Assembly: GCA_035446665.1 (NCBI GenBank)
Contig: DAOTFQ010000001.1
Span: 1-37,514 of the forward strand
DNA from: Candidatus Dojkabacteria bacterium
GTDB lineage: Bacteria; Patescibacteriota; Dojkabacteria; SC72
Length of the DNA: 37,514 nt
Direction: 5' to 3'
The translations under genes were made by a program, and so were the position numbers. Under the pieces are notes generated by a model, which saw nothing but the letters and a program-made list of their open reading frames with translations, did no database searches and was not told where the DNA came from. Numbering within the stretch: the first letter of the stretch is position 1; each line of letters begins with the position of its first letter. Below, piece after piece: positions 10,167 to 19,174 of the stretch.

Positions 10167-11981
10167 ATGATTGTACAAAAGGTCAAGGAGAAATTCTTTG
10201 CATTAAGGAAAACTCTAGGGTTTATATATTCACGCTATACATTTGCAGCAATAGGGAGAGATCTCCTCTTTGTACTCTCTACTGGGGCGGAGATCTACGG
10301 AATTACTGTTCTTGGTAAGTTTATAGACGAAACAGCGAAGATACTTCTGGATTGGGGTGAATTTGATTTGAATTCCTACTTTGGAACTGAATCTTTCTAC
10401 TATCTTCTAATCTTACTCCTACTTTGGGTTGTATCACAGATATGTACCCAGGGGAGAGAATATCTATACCATGTAATAAATGAGGGTGTATGGAAAGACT
10501 CACAGAGAGAGATGTTGGGGAAAGTATCTGCTTCGAACCTTGAGGATGTAGAAAAAGAAGAATTTCAAGATTACTTAGTGTTTGTTCCGTCTTATTCCAT
10601 AGCTAGAATAACGTCTGCCTATGATAACTTCTCTACAATCCTTAGTAATATAATCAGATTAATAAGTGCTTTTGCTATCCTTTTTGGGACAATGGGCTGG
10701 ACATCTCTATTGTTACTACTCTTCGTAATCCCAGAGACAATCGCTGTGCATGTAAGAAGGAAGGATCTTAAGGGGTACAGGGATGAGGAGATTGGAAGAT
10801 TAAAGTTCCTTAATTATATCCAGAACCTAGGTCTAAGTATTCCTAATTTTGCAGAGCTGAGGGTTAATAACATATATTCCTATCTAAGAAGGAAATACAG
10901 AGAAGAGTACCAAGAATTTGTTGAAGGTTTGTTAAAGAGGTTGTTCAGCTTTACCAGAGATAAGGCGTCTTTATCAATAATTGGCCAATTTATGAAATAC
11001 GGTTACATAGTTTACGTTTTATCTGTAGCTGTAGCCAAGAGATTAACAATAGGTTCTTTCAAGGCCCTGTATGACTATGTAGATGTAATTTACAGCAGCA
11101 CCTTCAGGGTTATAAATACTCTCTCTTTAATGTCTAATAACCTTGAATATGTAGATGAGTATTTCAAGTTAGTCGAATACAAGGGTTTTGGAGATTATGA
11201 ACATGGGGATGTTAAATTAAGGGGGGGGACTCCCTCTCTAGAGTTTAAGAACCTAAGTTTCGAATATCCCGACGATCCAGAGACTAAGGTTTTAAAGAAT
11301 TTAAATATTAAGATAGAGCCTGGAGAGAAAGTTGCCTTTTTTGGTGGAGATGGTTCTGGAAAGACTACCACTGTGAAAATACTAACTGGTTTGTACAGGG
11401 TTAAAGAGAATCAATACCTAATAGATGGTCATGGAATACAAGATTTAGACAGGAATCAATTAAAGCAAAAACTTTCTGTTATGTTCCAAGATTTCATTCA
11501 TTACCACTTTAGTCTAATAGAGAATGTTGTTATTTCTGGACAAAGGAAGAATGTCAATAAAGATCTTTATGAAGAAGTAATTAAAATTACTGGGGTTAAG
11601 GAGTTTAAAAAGGAGATCAAAGTTATGGATAAGAGTGTTCTCGGAAAGACATTTCCTTCAGGAAAAGAACTCTCTCCTGGATATTGGCAGAGACTTTCTA
11701 TAGCCAGAACTCTCTATAGAAACAAGAATGTGTTTATTATGGATGAACCCTTTACCTTTATAGATGACATGTCCGCCAGAGAGATCCTCAGAGGAATCTT
11801 TGAATTTCTCGGGGAGGAAAGATCTATGATTTATATAACCAGAAGTGTAAGTCTTTTGAAAAACTTTGACCGTATATATTACTTTGACAAAGGCAGGGTT
11901 GTGGAGTCTGGATCGTGGGATGAGCTTATGAAGAAAAAGGGTAAGCTTTACACAGAGATTAAGAACAAGGATGGGAAGTAG
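10167..11981 (+). CDS. ABC transporter, fused permease/ATPase (type I exporter-like) with degenerate NBD motifs
   Basis: N-terminal ~330 aa carry TM helices. NBD motifs: Walker A GGDGSGKTT, Q-loop MFQD, signature LSPGYWQR (canonical LSGGQ), Walker B VFIMDEP. The H-loop region reads IYITRSVS, with no histidine. Confidence 0.85.
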   Translation: MIVQKVKEKFFALRKTLGFIYSRYTFAAIGRDLLFVLSTGAEIYGITVLGKFIDETAKILLDWGEFDLNSYFGTESFYYLLILLLLWVVSQICTQGREYLYHVINEGVWKDSQREMLGKVSASNLEDVEKEEFQDYLVFVPSYSIARITSAYDNFSTILSNIIRLISAFAILFGTMGWTSLLLLLFVIPETIAVHVRRKDLKGYRDEEIGRLKFLNYIQNLGLSIPNFAELRVNNIYSYLRRKYREEYQEFVEGLLKRLFSFTRDKASLSIIGQFMKYGYIVYVLSVAVAKRLTIGSFKALYDYVDVIYSSTFRVINTLSLMSNNLEYVDEYFKLVEYKGFGDYEHGDVKLRGGTPSLEFKNLSFEYPDDPETKVLKNLNIKIEPGEKVAFFGGDGSGKTTTVKILTGLYRVKENQYLIDGHGIQDLDRNQLKQKLSVMFQDFIHYHFSLIENVVISGQRKNVNKDLYEEVIKITGVKEFKKEIKVMDKSVLGKTFPSGKELSPGYWQRLSIARTLYRNKNVFIMDEPFTFIDDMSAREILRGIFEFLGEERSMIYITRSVSLLKNFDRIYYFDKGRVVESGSWDELMKKKGKLYTEIKNKDGK

Positions 11982-12037
11982 TTAAAGGGGCTAAATCTGT
12001 AGTTTTCCCCAATATAATGATAAAATGCGAGGTATAA

Positions 12038-12892
12038 ATGAAGATATTAGATGGAAAACGCACATCTCAGAAAATACTAGATGATATCTCCTCCAAAGTT
12101 GAGAGGATTGTTTTGGATGGAAAAAGAACTCCCAGATTGGACCTAATTTTAGTTGGGGAGGACTTTGCAAGTATTAAATATGTTCAAATTAAGGAGCAAA
12201 GGGCTCGGGAATTAGGTATAGATTGTCAAACACATCATTTGGGGCAAGATTCTACAACTGAGGATGTCGTGAATCTTATTAAAACGTTGAATGCTTTTGA
12301 TGAAGTAGATGGCTTTATGGTGCAATTACCTCTTCCAGTGAATATAGATACAAACACTGTATTGGAGAGTATAGAACCAAGAAAGGATGTGGATGGATTA
12401 ACATCTGTTAATCTAGGAAGGCTTTTTCAAAATGACCCAAAGGCTATTCCTCCGGCAACTCCTTTAGGAATAGTAAGGCTTTTAGAGGAGTATGGTATTG
12501 AGGTCTCTGGGAAGAAGTCTGTTATATTAGGTGCTAGTAATATTGTTGGAGTGCCTTTGTCTGCGATGTTATTGAGAAGAGATTCTACTGTGACCATATG
12601 TAATTCAAGTACAGTTAATATTCAGGAAGTTGCAAAGACAGCAGATATTTTAATATCTGCAACGGGTGTTCCACTTCTTGTTAAGTCAGAATTTCTTAAA
12701 GAAGGAGCTGTTGTTATTGATGTAGGCTCAAATAAGCACCCAGAGACTGGTAAACTGGTCGGTGATGTAGATTGGGAAGATGTTCAAGGGATTCCTTCAT
12801 ATATAACTCCAGTCCCTGGTGGTGTTGGACCAATGACGGTCGCTTCTTTAATGTTAAATTTAATGGACTGCTATGAACAAAATGAAAGATAA
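12038..12892 (+). CDS. folD: Bifunctional methylenetetrahydrofolate dehydrogenase/methenyl-THF cyclohydrolase FolD
   Basis: 284 aa with [31 protein letters not shown] and [13 protein letters not shown] motifs. GAGG lies 7 nt upstream of the ATG. Confidence 0.93.
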   Translation: MKILDGKRTSQKILDDISSKVERIVLDGKRTPRLDLILVGEDFASIKYVQIKEQRARELGIDCQTHHLGQDSTTEDVVNLIKTLNAFDEVDGFMVQLPLPVNIDTNTVLESIEPRKDVDGLTSVNLGRLFQNDPKAIPPATPLGIVRLLEEYGIEVSGKKSVILGASNIVGVPLSAMLLRRDSTVTICNSSTVNIQEVAKTADILISATGVPLLVKSEFLKEGAVVIDVGSNKHPETGKLVGDVDWEDVQGIPSYITPVPGGVGPMTVASLMLNLMDCYEQNER

Positions 12893-14120
12893 GAAGGTAC
12901 TAGAATATTTGAATAAGGAAAAGAAGAGACAAATGGAGGGTCTAGAGCTAATAGCTTCAGAGAACTATGTTTCTGAGGATGTCCTTGCATGTACGGGCTC
13001 TATTCTCACAAATAAATATTCTGAGGGTTATGCTGGGAAGAGATATTACAAAGGAAATCAGTATGTAGATGAAATAGAGAAATTGGCCATAGAGAGAGCC
13101 AAGGATCTTTTTGGTGCAGAACATGTAAATATTCAACCATACTCAGGATCTCCAGCAAATCTAGCTGTTCATTTTGCACTCTTGGAACCAGGGGATCGAA
13201 CCTTAGGAATGTCTTTAGATGCAGGTGGTCATTTAACCCATGGATTTAAGGTTTCTATCTCTGGTAAATATTACAACTCTGTAAGTTATGGAGTAGATGA
13301 TAACGGCTACATAGATTACGACGAAGTAAGAAAGTTGGCAAAAGAACATAAGCCAAAGCTGATATGGTCAGGATTCTCAGCATATTCTAGAATAATAGAT
13401 TGGTCTAAATTTAGAAAAATAGCAGATGAAGTTGGAGCATTTCTCGTTGCAGATATAGCCCATGTGGCTGGCTTAGTTGCTGCAGGGGAGTATCCATCTC
13501 CAATAGGGATTGCAGATGTAGTAACTACGACCACACATAAGACTCTAAGAGGCCCGAGGGGGGCGATGATCATGTGCAAGGAGGAACTAGGGGAGAAGAT
13601 AGATAAAGCCGTCTTCCCAGGCCTACAGGGAGGTCCTCACAACCATATAACAGCTGCCATAGCAGTTGCTCTCAAAGAAGCATCAACGAATGAATTTAGG
13701 GAGTATTCCAAACAGGTTATTAAGAATGCCAAAGTTCTCTCAGAGGAACTGACGAAAAGAGGTTACAAAATTGTCTCTGGAGGAACGGATAACCATCTTT
13801 TCTTAGTAGATTTAATCAACTCAGATGGTTTGGGAGATCTCGGAGGAGAGGAAGCTTCTACTCTGTTAGAGGATGCAAACATTACATTAAATAAGAATGC
13901 TATCCCAAATGATCCTAGGAAACCATGGGACCCCTCAGGCGTTAGAATCGGAACTCCCGCCTTAACAACTAGAGGGATGAAGGAGAAGGAAATGGAAAAG
14001 GTTGCAGGATATATAGATACTGTCTTAAAGAACAGAGAGGACGAATCTGTAATTGAGAAAACAAAGGAAGAGGTAAAAGAGTTTGCTTCCAAATTCCCGA
14101 TTCCAGGGATCAAGGAATAA
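12873..14120 (+). CDS. glyA: Serine hydroxymethyltransferase GlyA
   Basis: 415 aa with [35 protein letters not shown] (PLP lysine) and GLQGGPH motifs. It overlaps folD by 20 nt. An alternative ATG at 12882 is possible. Confidence 0.97.
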   Translation: MNKMKDKKVLEYLNKEKKRQMEGLELIASENYVSEDVLACTGSILTNKYSEGYAGKRYYKGNQYVDEIEKLAIERAKDLFGAEHVNIQPYSGSPANLAVHFALLEPGDRTLGMSLDAGGHLTHGFKVSISGKYYNSVSYGVDDNGYIDYDEVRKLAKEHKPKLIWSGFSAYSRIIDWSKFRKIADEVGAFLVADIAHVAGLVAAGEYPSPIGIADVVTTTTHKTLRGPRGAMIMCKEELGEKIDKAVFPGLQGGPHNHITAAIAVALKEASTNEFREYSKQVIKNAKVLSEELTKRGYKIVSGGTDNHLFLVDLINSDGLGDLGGEEASTLLEDANITLNKNAIPNDPRKPWDPSGVRIGTPALTTRGMKEKEMEKVAGYIDTVLKNREDESVIEKTKEEVKEFASKFPIPGIKE

Positions 14121-14177
14121 ACCTTTAGGATTGTAAGACCTTTGAGTAAATAAAAATTAATTTTTTAAAAACAATGG

Positions 14178-15773
14178 ATGAAATTAAGTTTTAGAAAAGA
14201 TTTACATATTGCCACCTTAAGATCTGAAGCCCAATGGAATAAATTCAAAGTACAGACCCTTCTTCAAAATACAGAAAGGAAACAACCCTCTGTTAATGCC
14301 TATTTGGGAGCAAGATACAGTAGGTCGGCCGATTCCATCCTAGATATTGCCTCTGAGATTATGAGGAAAAATACAGATGCTGCAGAGAGACTAGAGAAGA
14401 TCTTTGCAGGATATGGCCATAAATCTGTTGGAGATATGGCAGATCTATTTGTTTGTTTAGAGAACGTCCCAATATATCTAGAAACCAAGATGTTCTATTC
14501 TTGTCCAGTAATATCTGGGCAAGGGAGATCCACAAGATACCAGAACTTTCAAGATCCTAACTTTGTTAAGATCCCGAATGAAGTTTGCAAAAATCGTGAA
14601 GTTAGCAGGGAGTATGAGCGAATAATCCTAAAGCAAATGAAGGATTACAGGGAGATGCTGGGTCCAACAAGGGAAGCCCTTAAGAAGCATTTCAGAATCA
14701 ACGAAGAGAGTAATCAAGAGGTTCTAGCCCTAAAGGCAAGAGTATTTGACACTACTAGATACTTTCTCCCTTACGGGCTAAGTACGAGTACTGCCTATTT
14801 AATGTCTGCGAGAAGTTGGTCTGATACTATTAGCTTCATGTGTGCAAGTGATACTGTTGTAGAAAATGAGGTTGCAAGTATGCTTCTTAATCTTCTAGGA
14901 GAATCTAAACTGGATGCTAGAGGTTATATTAGGGAGGCAGACGGACTAATTAGGCACACTGATGCTAATTGTTGCAGAAAAAATTCAACAGATAAAATTC
15001 TAGATTATATGAGAGAGAGTTTCTCCTCAGAGCAAAAGAGGGAGATTCCTGAAAGTGAAAGCTATTCTGTAAAGGTATCCTATTCTCCTGATTGTATGGA
15101 GTCTTTAGTCTCTCACTACGAGTACTTAATAAACCCATTAGGTTCTAGGGAAGAGTTCGAATTCTCAGAGGAGGATCAAGAGAAGTTTGGAGAGATAATA
15201 TTCGAATTGCATGACCACCATAACCAACTTGGGAATATTGGCCAATCTGGAGCAATAAAGATTGAGGGATTTGCTACCTTGGGGACACTGAAAGACCTTA
15301 ATAGACATAGGAGTCTTGAGAGATTCATCCCCTTGTTACATGACCAGGTTGATATGGACAAAGAATTAGACAGGAGGAGTGATCAATGTTTCTATCTTTG
15401 TAATTACTTGGATATAGGGTCTCTCTCAAAAGTTAAGAAAGAATATATAAAGAGATTGTCTGACACCTATGATATGATAAAGGGTTGGAGGGAAATGGCA
15501 AAGCAACACCTTTCCAAAGAGGTTTGTGATGAGTTCACAAAATATCTATTACCACATGCCCATGCGACTAAGTACATCTTTTATGGGTCGTTTGATGATT
15601 TGCAATATCTGATAAACTTAAGAAGTAGAAATGGGGGACATATCTCTTATAGGGTTTTGGTTTATGAATGGCTAAGGAATCTGAGTTATATAGATCCTAT
15701 CTGGAGACCATTATTGAGAAAGATTATAGAGCCGAGGGTAGATGATAAGCATCAGTTTGTAGATAGAGGTTAG
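14178..15773 (+). CDS. thyX: Long two-domain ThyX-like protein (FAD-dependent thymidylate synthase family, tandem/pseudo-dimeric)
   Basis: 531 aa. The N-half has GHKSVGD (compare GHxSxxEH) and S-T-R-Y (compare SxRY), but S-C-P where RHR should be. The C-half has NRHRS (RHR at 15303-15311) and LINLRSRNGGH (compare NLR..HAQ), but no SxRY. The flanking genes are glyA and dcd. Confidence 0.7.
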   Translation: MKLSFRKDLHIATLRSEAQWNKFKVQTLLQNTERKQPSVNAYLGARYSRSADSILDIASEIMRKNTDAAERLEKIFAGYGHKSVGDMADLFVCLENVPIYLETKMFYSCPVISGQGRSTRYQNFQDPNFVKIPNEVCKNREVSREYERIILKQMKDYREMLGPTREALKKHFRINEESNQEVLALKARVFDTTRYFLPYGLSTSTAYLMSARSWSDTISFMCASDTVVENEVASMLLNLLGESKLDARGYIREADGLIRHTDANCCRKNSTDKILDYMRESFSSEQKREIPESESYSVKVSYSPDCMESLVSHYEYLINPLGSREEFEFSEEDQEKFGEIIFELHDHHNQLGNIGQSGAIKIEGFATLGTLKDLNRHRSLERFIPLLHDQVDMDKELDRRSDQCFYLCNYLDIGSLSKVKKEYIKRLSDTYDMIKGWREMAKQHLSKEVCDEFTKYLLPHAHATKYIFYGSFDDLQYLINLRSRNGGHISYRVLVYEWLRNLSYIDPIWRPLLRKIIEPRVDDKHQFVDRG

Positions 15774-15854
15774 GGGTGTAGGGGGAACTCAATTTGAAAT
15801 TTCTATTTTTATAAAAGGTTTTATAAGAGTAAATTAAAATTTTATACAGGAGAT

Positions 15855-16418
15855 ATGATTCTTTCAGATAAAACAATAAAGGCTAAAATAAAGAGTGGAG
15901 AGATAGTAATAGAGCCTTTCTCAGATGAGTTTCTACAACCTGCTACCTATGATTTGCATCTGGACAATTTTTTCCTTACTTTTAATAAGGAGAATATAGG
16001 AATTATAGATGTTAAAGAAAAGCCCAAGAATCTTATGAGGGAGATTGAGGTTGATGAAAAAGAGGGATTTATTATTCATCCTAATGAGTTTGTTTTAGCA
16101 AACGTTAAGGAAATTACAGGAGTAGACTCTAAGCATGTTGGTCGTTTAGAAGGGAAGAGCTCGTTGGGGAGGTTGGGGCTAATAGTTCATGCTACTGCAG
16201 GGTTCCTAGATCCTGGGAACAAATTAAGGTTAACTCTTGAATTAGCAAATGTTTCTCCCATCCCAATAAAGATATATCCTGGGATGAAGATTGCACAGAT
16301 AGCTTTTGAGACTCTGGACAAGGATTGTGAGAGACCATATGGAAGCAAGGATCTTAATAGTAAATACCTAGGAGATCTTCGAGTTAAGGGTAGTGAAGTA
16401 TGGAGGAATTTTAAGTAA
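15855..16418 (+). CDS. dcd: dCTP deaminase (Dcd family; mono- versus bifunctional not decidable here)
   Basis: 187 aa with MILSDKTI, QPATYDLHL, GKSSLGRLGL and HATAGFLDPG motifs. AGGAG lies 4 nt upstream of the ATG. Confidence 0.92.
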   Translation: MILSDKTIKAKIKSGEIVIEPFSDEFLQPATYDLHLDNFFLTFNKENIGIIDVKEKPKNLMREIEVDEKEGFIIHPNEFVLANVKEITGVDSKHVGRLEGKSSLGRLGLIVHATAGFLDPGNKLRLTLELANVSPIPIKIYPGMKIAQIAFETLDKDCERPYGSKDLNSKYLGDLRVKGSEVWRNFK

Positions 16419-16438
16419 TCCCTCCACTAATTTTCATA

Positions 16439-17797
16439 TTACATGGTTGGTGGTATAGGAGGCATTTCCTCTGGAGTATTATCTGTACTTGGGTTTTGTT
16501 GTAATGTTATAGGTGGCATCTGTGGCTGCGATTCTGGTTGTATAGGTTGTTGTGGAGTCGTTGTTGTTCCCATTGGAGGCTGTTGTGTAGGTATGACTCC
16601 TCCATTTATTTGATTTATATATCCATTAACATTTTCTTGTAAATCTTGAGTAGTATCAGGTTGTTGCGTAGGGTTAGCTACCTCGCTTTCTGGTGCAGAG
16701 GTTATAGGGTTAAAGTCTTGTGTAGGAGGTGTCTGTGGAGCCTCAGGCATAATGTTCTCGGGTCCTTCCTGTTGTTGTGGAACAGAAAAACCTGTGGAGA
16801 AAGGAACTTCCTGGTTAGGCTGTGAAGCCTCAGGTGTCTCCTCTGGAGCATTATCTCCCATAGCTGTTGGAACAAAAGATTCCCTCTGAAGAATTTCTTG
16901 TAAATCTTCTTCTTGAGAAGCACTCGAAATTGTTGGAGTACTCTGTTGTGGAGGTGTATATGTAGGTTGTGCTTGGGGCATCTGTGGTGTATTTTGACTC
17001 ATAGGGATAGGTTCTGGTGCACTCTCCGGATTATTAACCATCTCTTTAAGGGATCTTTCACTTTGTTGCTCTACTCCCATTACCGGAGCCATTTCTTCTT
17101 GCTCTCCTTTTTTGTCTTTTTTCACCTTGGGTTCCTTTGGACCTTTGTTTTTCCCAAGTAAGATTACGACTATACTAATAAGCAATATTACTGAACCAGC
17201 AATTAGGATATAAGGTAAGTATTCAGTTATGTTACTTAATAAGTTTCCTTCTGTAGTTGTAGTGGAGTCTTCTGTTGTTACCATAAGATCTTCGTTGGTT
17301 GTTGGGGTCTCTGTTGTTGTTGGTAGCTCCTCCCCTGTTGTTGTGACATCGTCAGTTGTAGAACCAGCACTTGTTTGTTCGAGGTTGACTGCTTGTCCTA
17401 AAGTAAGTGTATCAAGATCTAATTCGTCAGACTCTACTACCTCAAAAGTTACAGGAGTGTCTCCAGCGGAAGTAAAGCTGATATTTGCGAGGACCCCATC
17501 TAGTGCTGTTGCAGAATCAAGTGTACATGTTATGACTATGGTGTTTTGGCTATCTTGAGACTCTGTATAAGCTAATTCCGAGCATGTGACATCTCCTTCG
17601 GTGACATCTGTTATTTCAACACCCTCCGAGTAGCTTATTGGAAGGGAAACACTCTCTAGAGTGTCTGTCTCAGTATCTATATCAATGGCTACAGAACCGG
17701 TGTCAGCTTCTCTCAAGGCTATATTCACAGCAGCATATGTTGCAAGTGGGAACATAAAGACTCCAGAGGCAATGAAAAGGGCAAATAATTTTTTCAT
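16439..17797 (-). CDS. Type I membrane/surface protein: signal peptide, cohesin-like beta domain, Thr-rich linker, TM, long P/Q/T-rich tail
   Basis: 452 aa. The signal peptide is MKKLFALFIASGVFMFPLATYA. A beta-rich acidic domain spans aa ~23-140. A T/E-rich linker follows, then a TM (YILIAGSVILLISIVVILLG, aa ~194-215), a K-rich stop-transfer segment and a ~235-aa P/Q-rich low-complexity tail. Confidence 0.7.
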   Translation of the reverse strand: MKKLFALFIASGVFMFPLATYAAVNIALREADTGSVAIDIDTETDTLESVSLPISYSEGVEITDVTEGDVTCSELAYTESQDSQNTIVITCTLDSATALDGVLANISFTSAGDTPVTFEVVESDELDLDTLTLGQAVNLEQTSAGSTTDDVTTTGEELPTTTETPTTNEDLMVTTEDSTTTTEGNLLSNITEYLPYILIAGSVILLISIVVILLGKNKGPKEPKVKKDKKGEQEEMAPVMGVEQQSERSLKEMVNNPESAPEPIPMSQNTPQMPQAQPTYTPPQQSTPTISSASQEEDLQEILQRESFVPTAMGDNAPEETPEASQPNQEVPFSTGFSVPQQQEGPENIMPEAPQTPPTQDFNPITSAPESEVANPTQQPDTTQDLQENVNGYINQINGGVIPTQQPPMGTTTTPQQPIQPESQPQMPPITLQQNPSTDNTPEEMPPIPPTM

Positions 17798-17872
17798 AAT
17801 AAAGGCAGTTTATATTATTTCTCTTAAGGTTATCATGCAAAGTTTCTAATATCAATAGTTGAAGGTAAAAGT

Positions 17873-17901
17873 TTGACTTAATCTTCTTATGAAGATACAC
17901 T
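17873..17901 (+). promoter_or_regulatory. Candidate promoter of the Lon-like ATPase gene (TTGACT-N17-TACACT)
   Basis: TTGACT at 17873-17878 and TACACT at 17896-17901, with 17-nt spacing, 28 nt upstream of the ATG at 17929. Confidence 0.4.
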
Positions 17902-17928
17902 TTATAAGTATATTAAACCTGTCTAAAT

Positions 17929-19161
17929 ATGGAATATTCTAATAATTATAATCCAGCAAATACCACTGTTGTTAATGATGCTCTTGGGGAGAGTCTAAGA
18001 GAAGTTCAAGCACTTGAGGAAAAGTTATCATCTGTGAGTCTTCCAGAGAGATTGAAAGAAGAAGCAATGATGAGTGTATCAAGACTTAAGCGAATGTTTA
18101 AGTTGGGAGGATATAGTGCAGAGTTTGAAACTGTAAGTAAATATATAGATTGGATAACAAGAATCCCTTGGGGGTTAACAAGTGAAGATAACCTCGATAT
18201 CCATAGGGCCAGGAAGATTATGGATGAGACTCACCATGGTATGGACACTATTAAGGATCTGATCCTTGATTACATTGCAACTATGCAACTACAAAGTTCT
18301 GGTGGTGTAGAAAGGCTAAGAAAGGATATTATCCCCTCACAAGTGTATTACCAGAATAATATTTCTCAAGGGTTTCAGAATAAACCAATGGAGAATGATG
18401 TCCAAGTTGGTGTGTTAAGGAGTTCTTCCGCGAATGCTCCAGTATTCCTCTTCTTAGGTCTTCAGGGTGTAGGGAAAACTTCTATTGCAAAATCTATAGC
18501 TCAGTCCATAGGAAGGGAGTTTTCTCGTATATCTTTAGGAGCTATTGGAGATGTTAGAACTTTAAGAGGAGCACCTAGATATTCCCCAGATGCTGAGCCA
18601 GGTCAAATAATTAAATCTCTGGTTAGGTGTGGAACTATGAATCCGGTTATTCTTTTAGATGAGATAGAAAAGGCGAGTGGTAACAAAGGACTTCTTAGTG
18701 ATATTATGGCTGTTCTGCTTGAGATATTAGATCCTGAACAGAATTCTACATTCGTAGATCATTATATTGACTATCCAGTAGATCTCTCCAAGGTCTTTTT
18801 CATATGTACAGCAAATAATTTAGGTGGTCTTTCTGCAGCACTACTAGATCGTGTAGAAGTTATTCGCTTTACTAGTTATTCTGATCAAGAGAAGGAAGTG
18901 ATTGGGAAGGAATATATTTTACCAAAAGTGCTAAAGAATCTTAATATCTCTCCAGAATATATAAAGATAGAGGAGGAGGTGTGGCCTTTAATAATTAGAC
19001 CTGTGGGATTTGATGCAGGTATCAGACAATTAGAAAGAAATATTACAACCATTGTAAGGAGTGCAGCAAGGATGATTGTTGAAGGGAAACCTTTGCCTAT
19101 TGTTATAAATAGTTCAAACCTAACTGATTACGTCCTTGCAGATCAAGGACCACTTAGTTAG
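17929..19161 (+). CDS. Stand-alone Lon-like AAA+ module lacking the N-terminal LAN domain and the S16 protease domain
   Basis: 410 aa, colinear with the Lon ATPase region. Matching segments: LPERLKEEAMMSVSRLKRM, YIDWITRIPWGLTSEDNLDI..A.KIMDETHHGM, Walker A GLQGVGKTS (18457-18483), Walker B ILLDEIEK (18649-18672), LEILDPEQNSTFVDHY, LLDRVEVIRFTSYSDQEK and AGIRQLER. It ends at ...NLTDYVLADQGPLS, the position where the Lon protease domain normally starts. Confidence 0.85.
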   Translation: MEYSNNYNPANTTVVNDALGESLREVQALEEKLSSVSLPERLKEEAMMSVSRLKRMFKLGGYSAEFETVSKYIDWITRIPWGLTSEDNLDIHRARKIMDETHHGMDTIKDLILDYIATMQLQSSGGVERLRKDIIPSQVYYQNNISQGFQNKPMENDVQVGVLRSSSANAPVFLFLGLQGVGKTSIAKSIAQSIGREFSRISLGAIGDVRTLRGAPRYSPDAEPGQIIKSLVRCGTMNPVILLDEIEKASGNKGLLSDIMAVLLEILDPEQNSTFVDHYIDYPVDLSKVFFICTANNLGGLSAALLDRVEVIRFTSYSDQEKEVIGKEYILPKVLKNLNISPEYIKIEEEVWPLIIRPVGFDAGIRQLERNITTIVRSAARMIVEGKPLPIVINSSNLTDYVLADQGPLS

Positions 19162-19174
19162 TTGTCGTAGAGAA

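Noticed and set aside
16401-16426. Possible hairpin TGGAGG...CCTCCA between convergent dcd and the surface-protein gene
   Set aside because: It has only a 6-bp stem with a 14-nt loop and no flanking U-tract, which is too weak to call a terminator.
16913-17558. Plus-strand ORFs (16913-17161, 17229-17558) within the 452-aa surface-protein gene
   Set aside because: They are antisense products of low-complexity P/Q/T-rich coding sequence. The minus-strand ORF has a clear signal peptide, a TM and full-length continuity.
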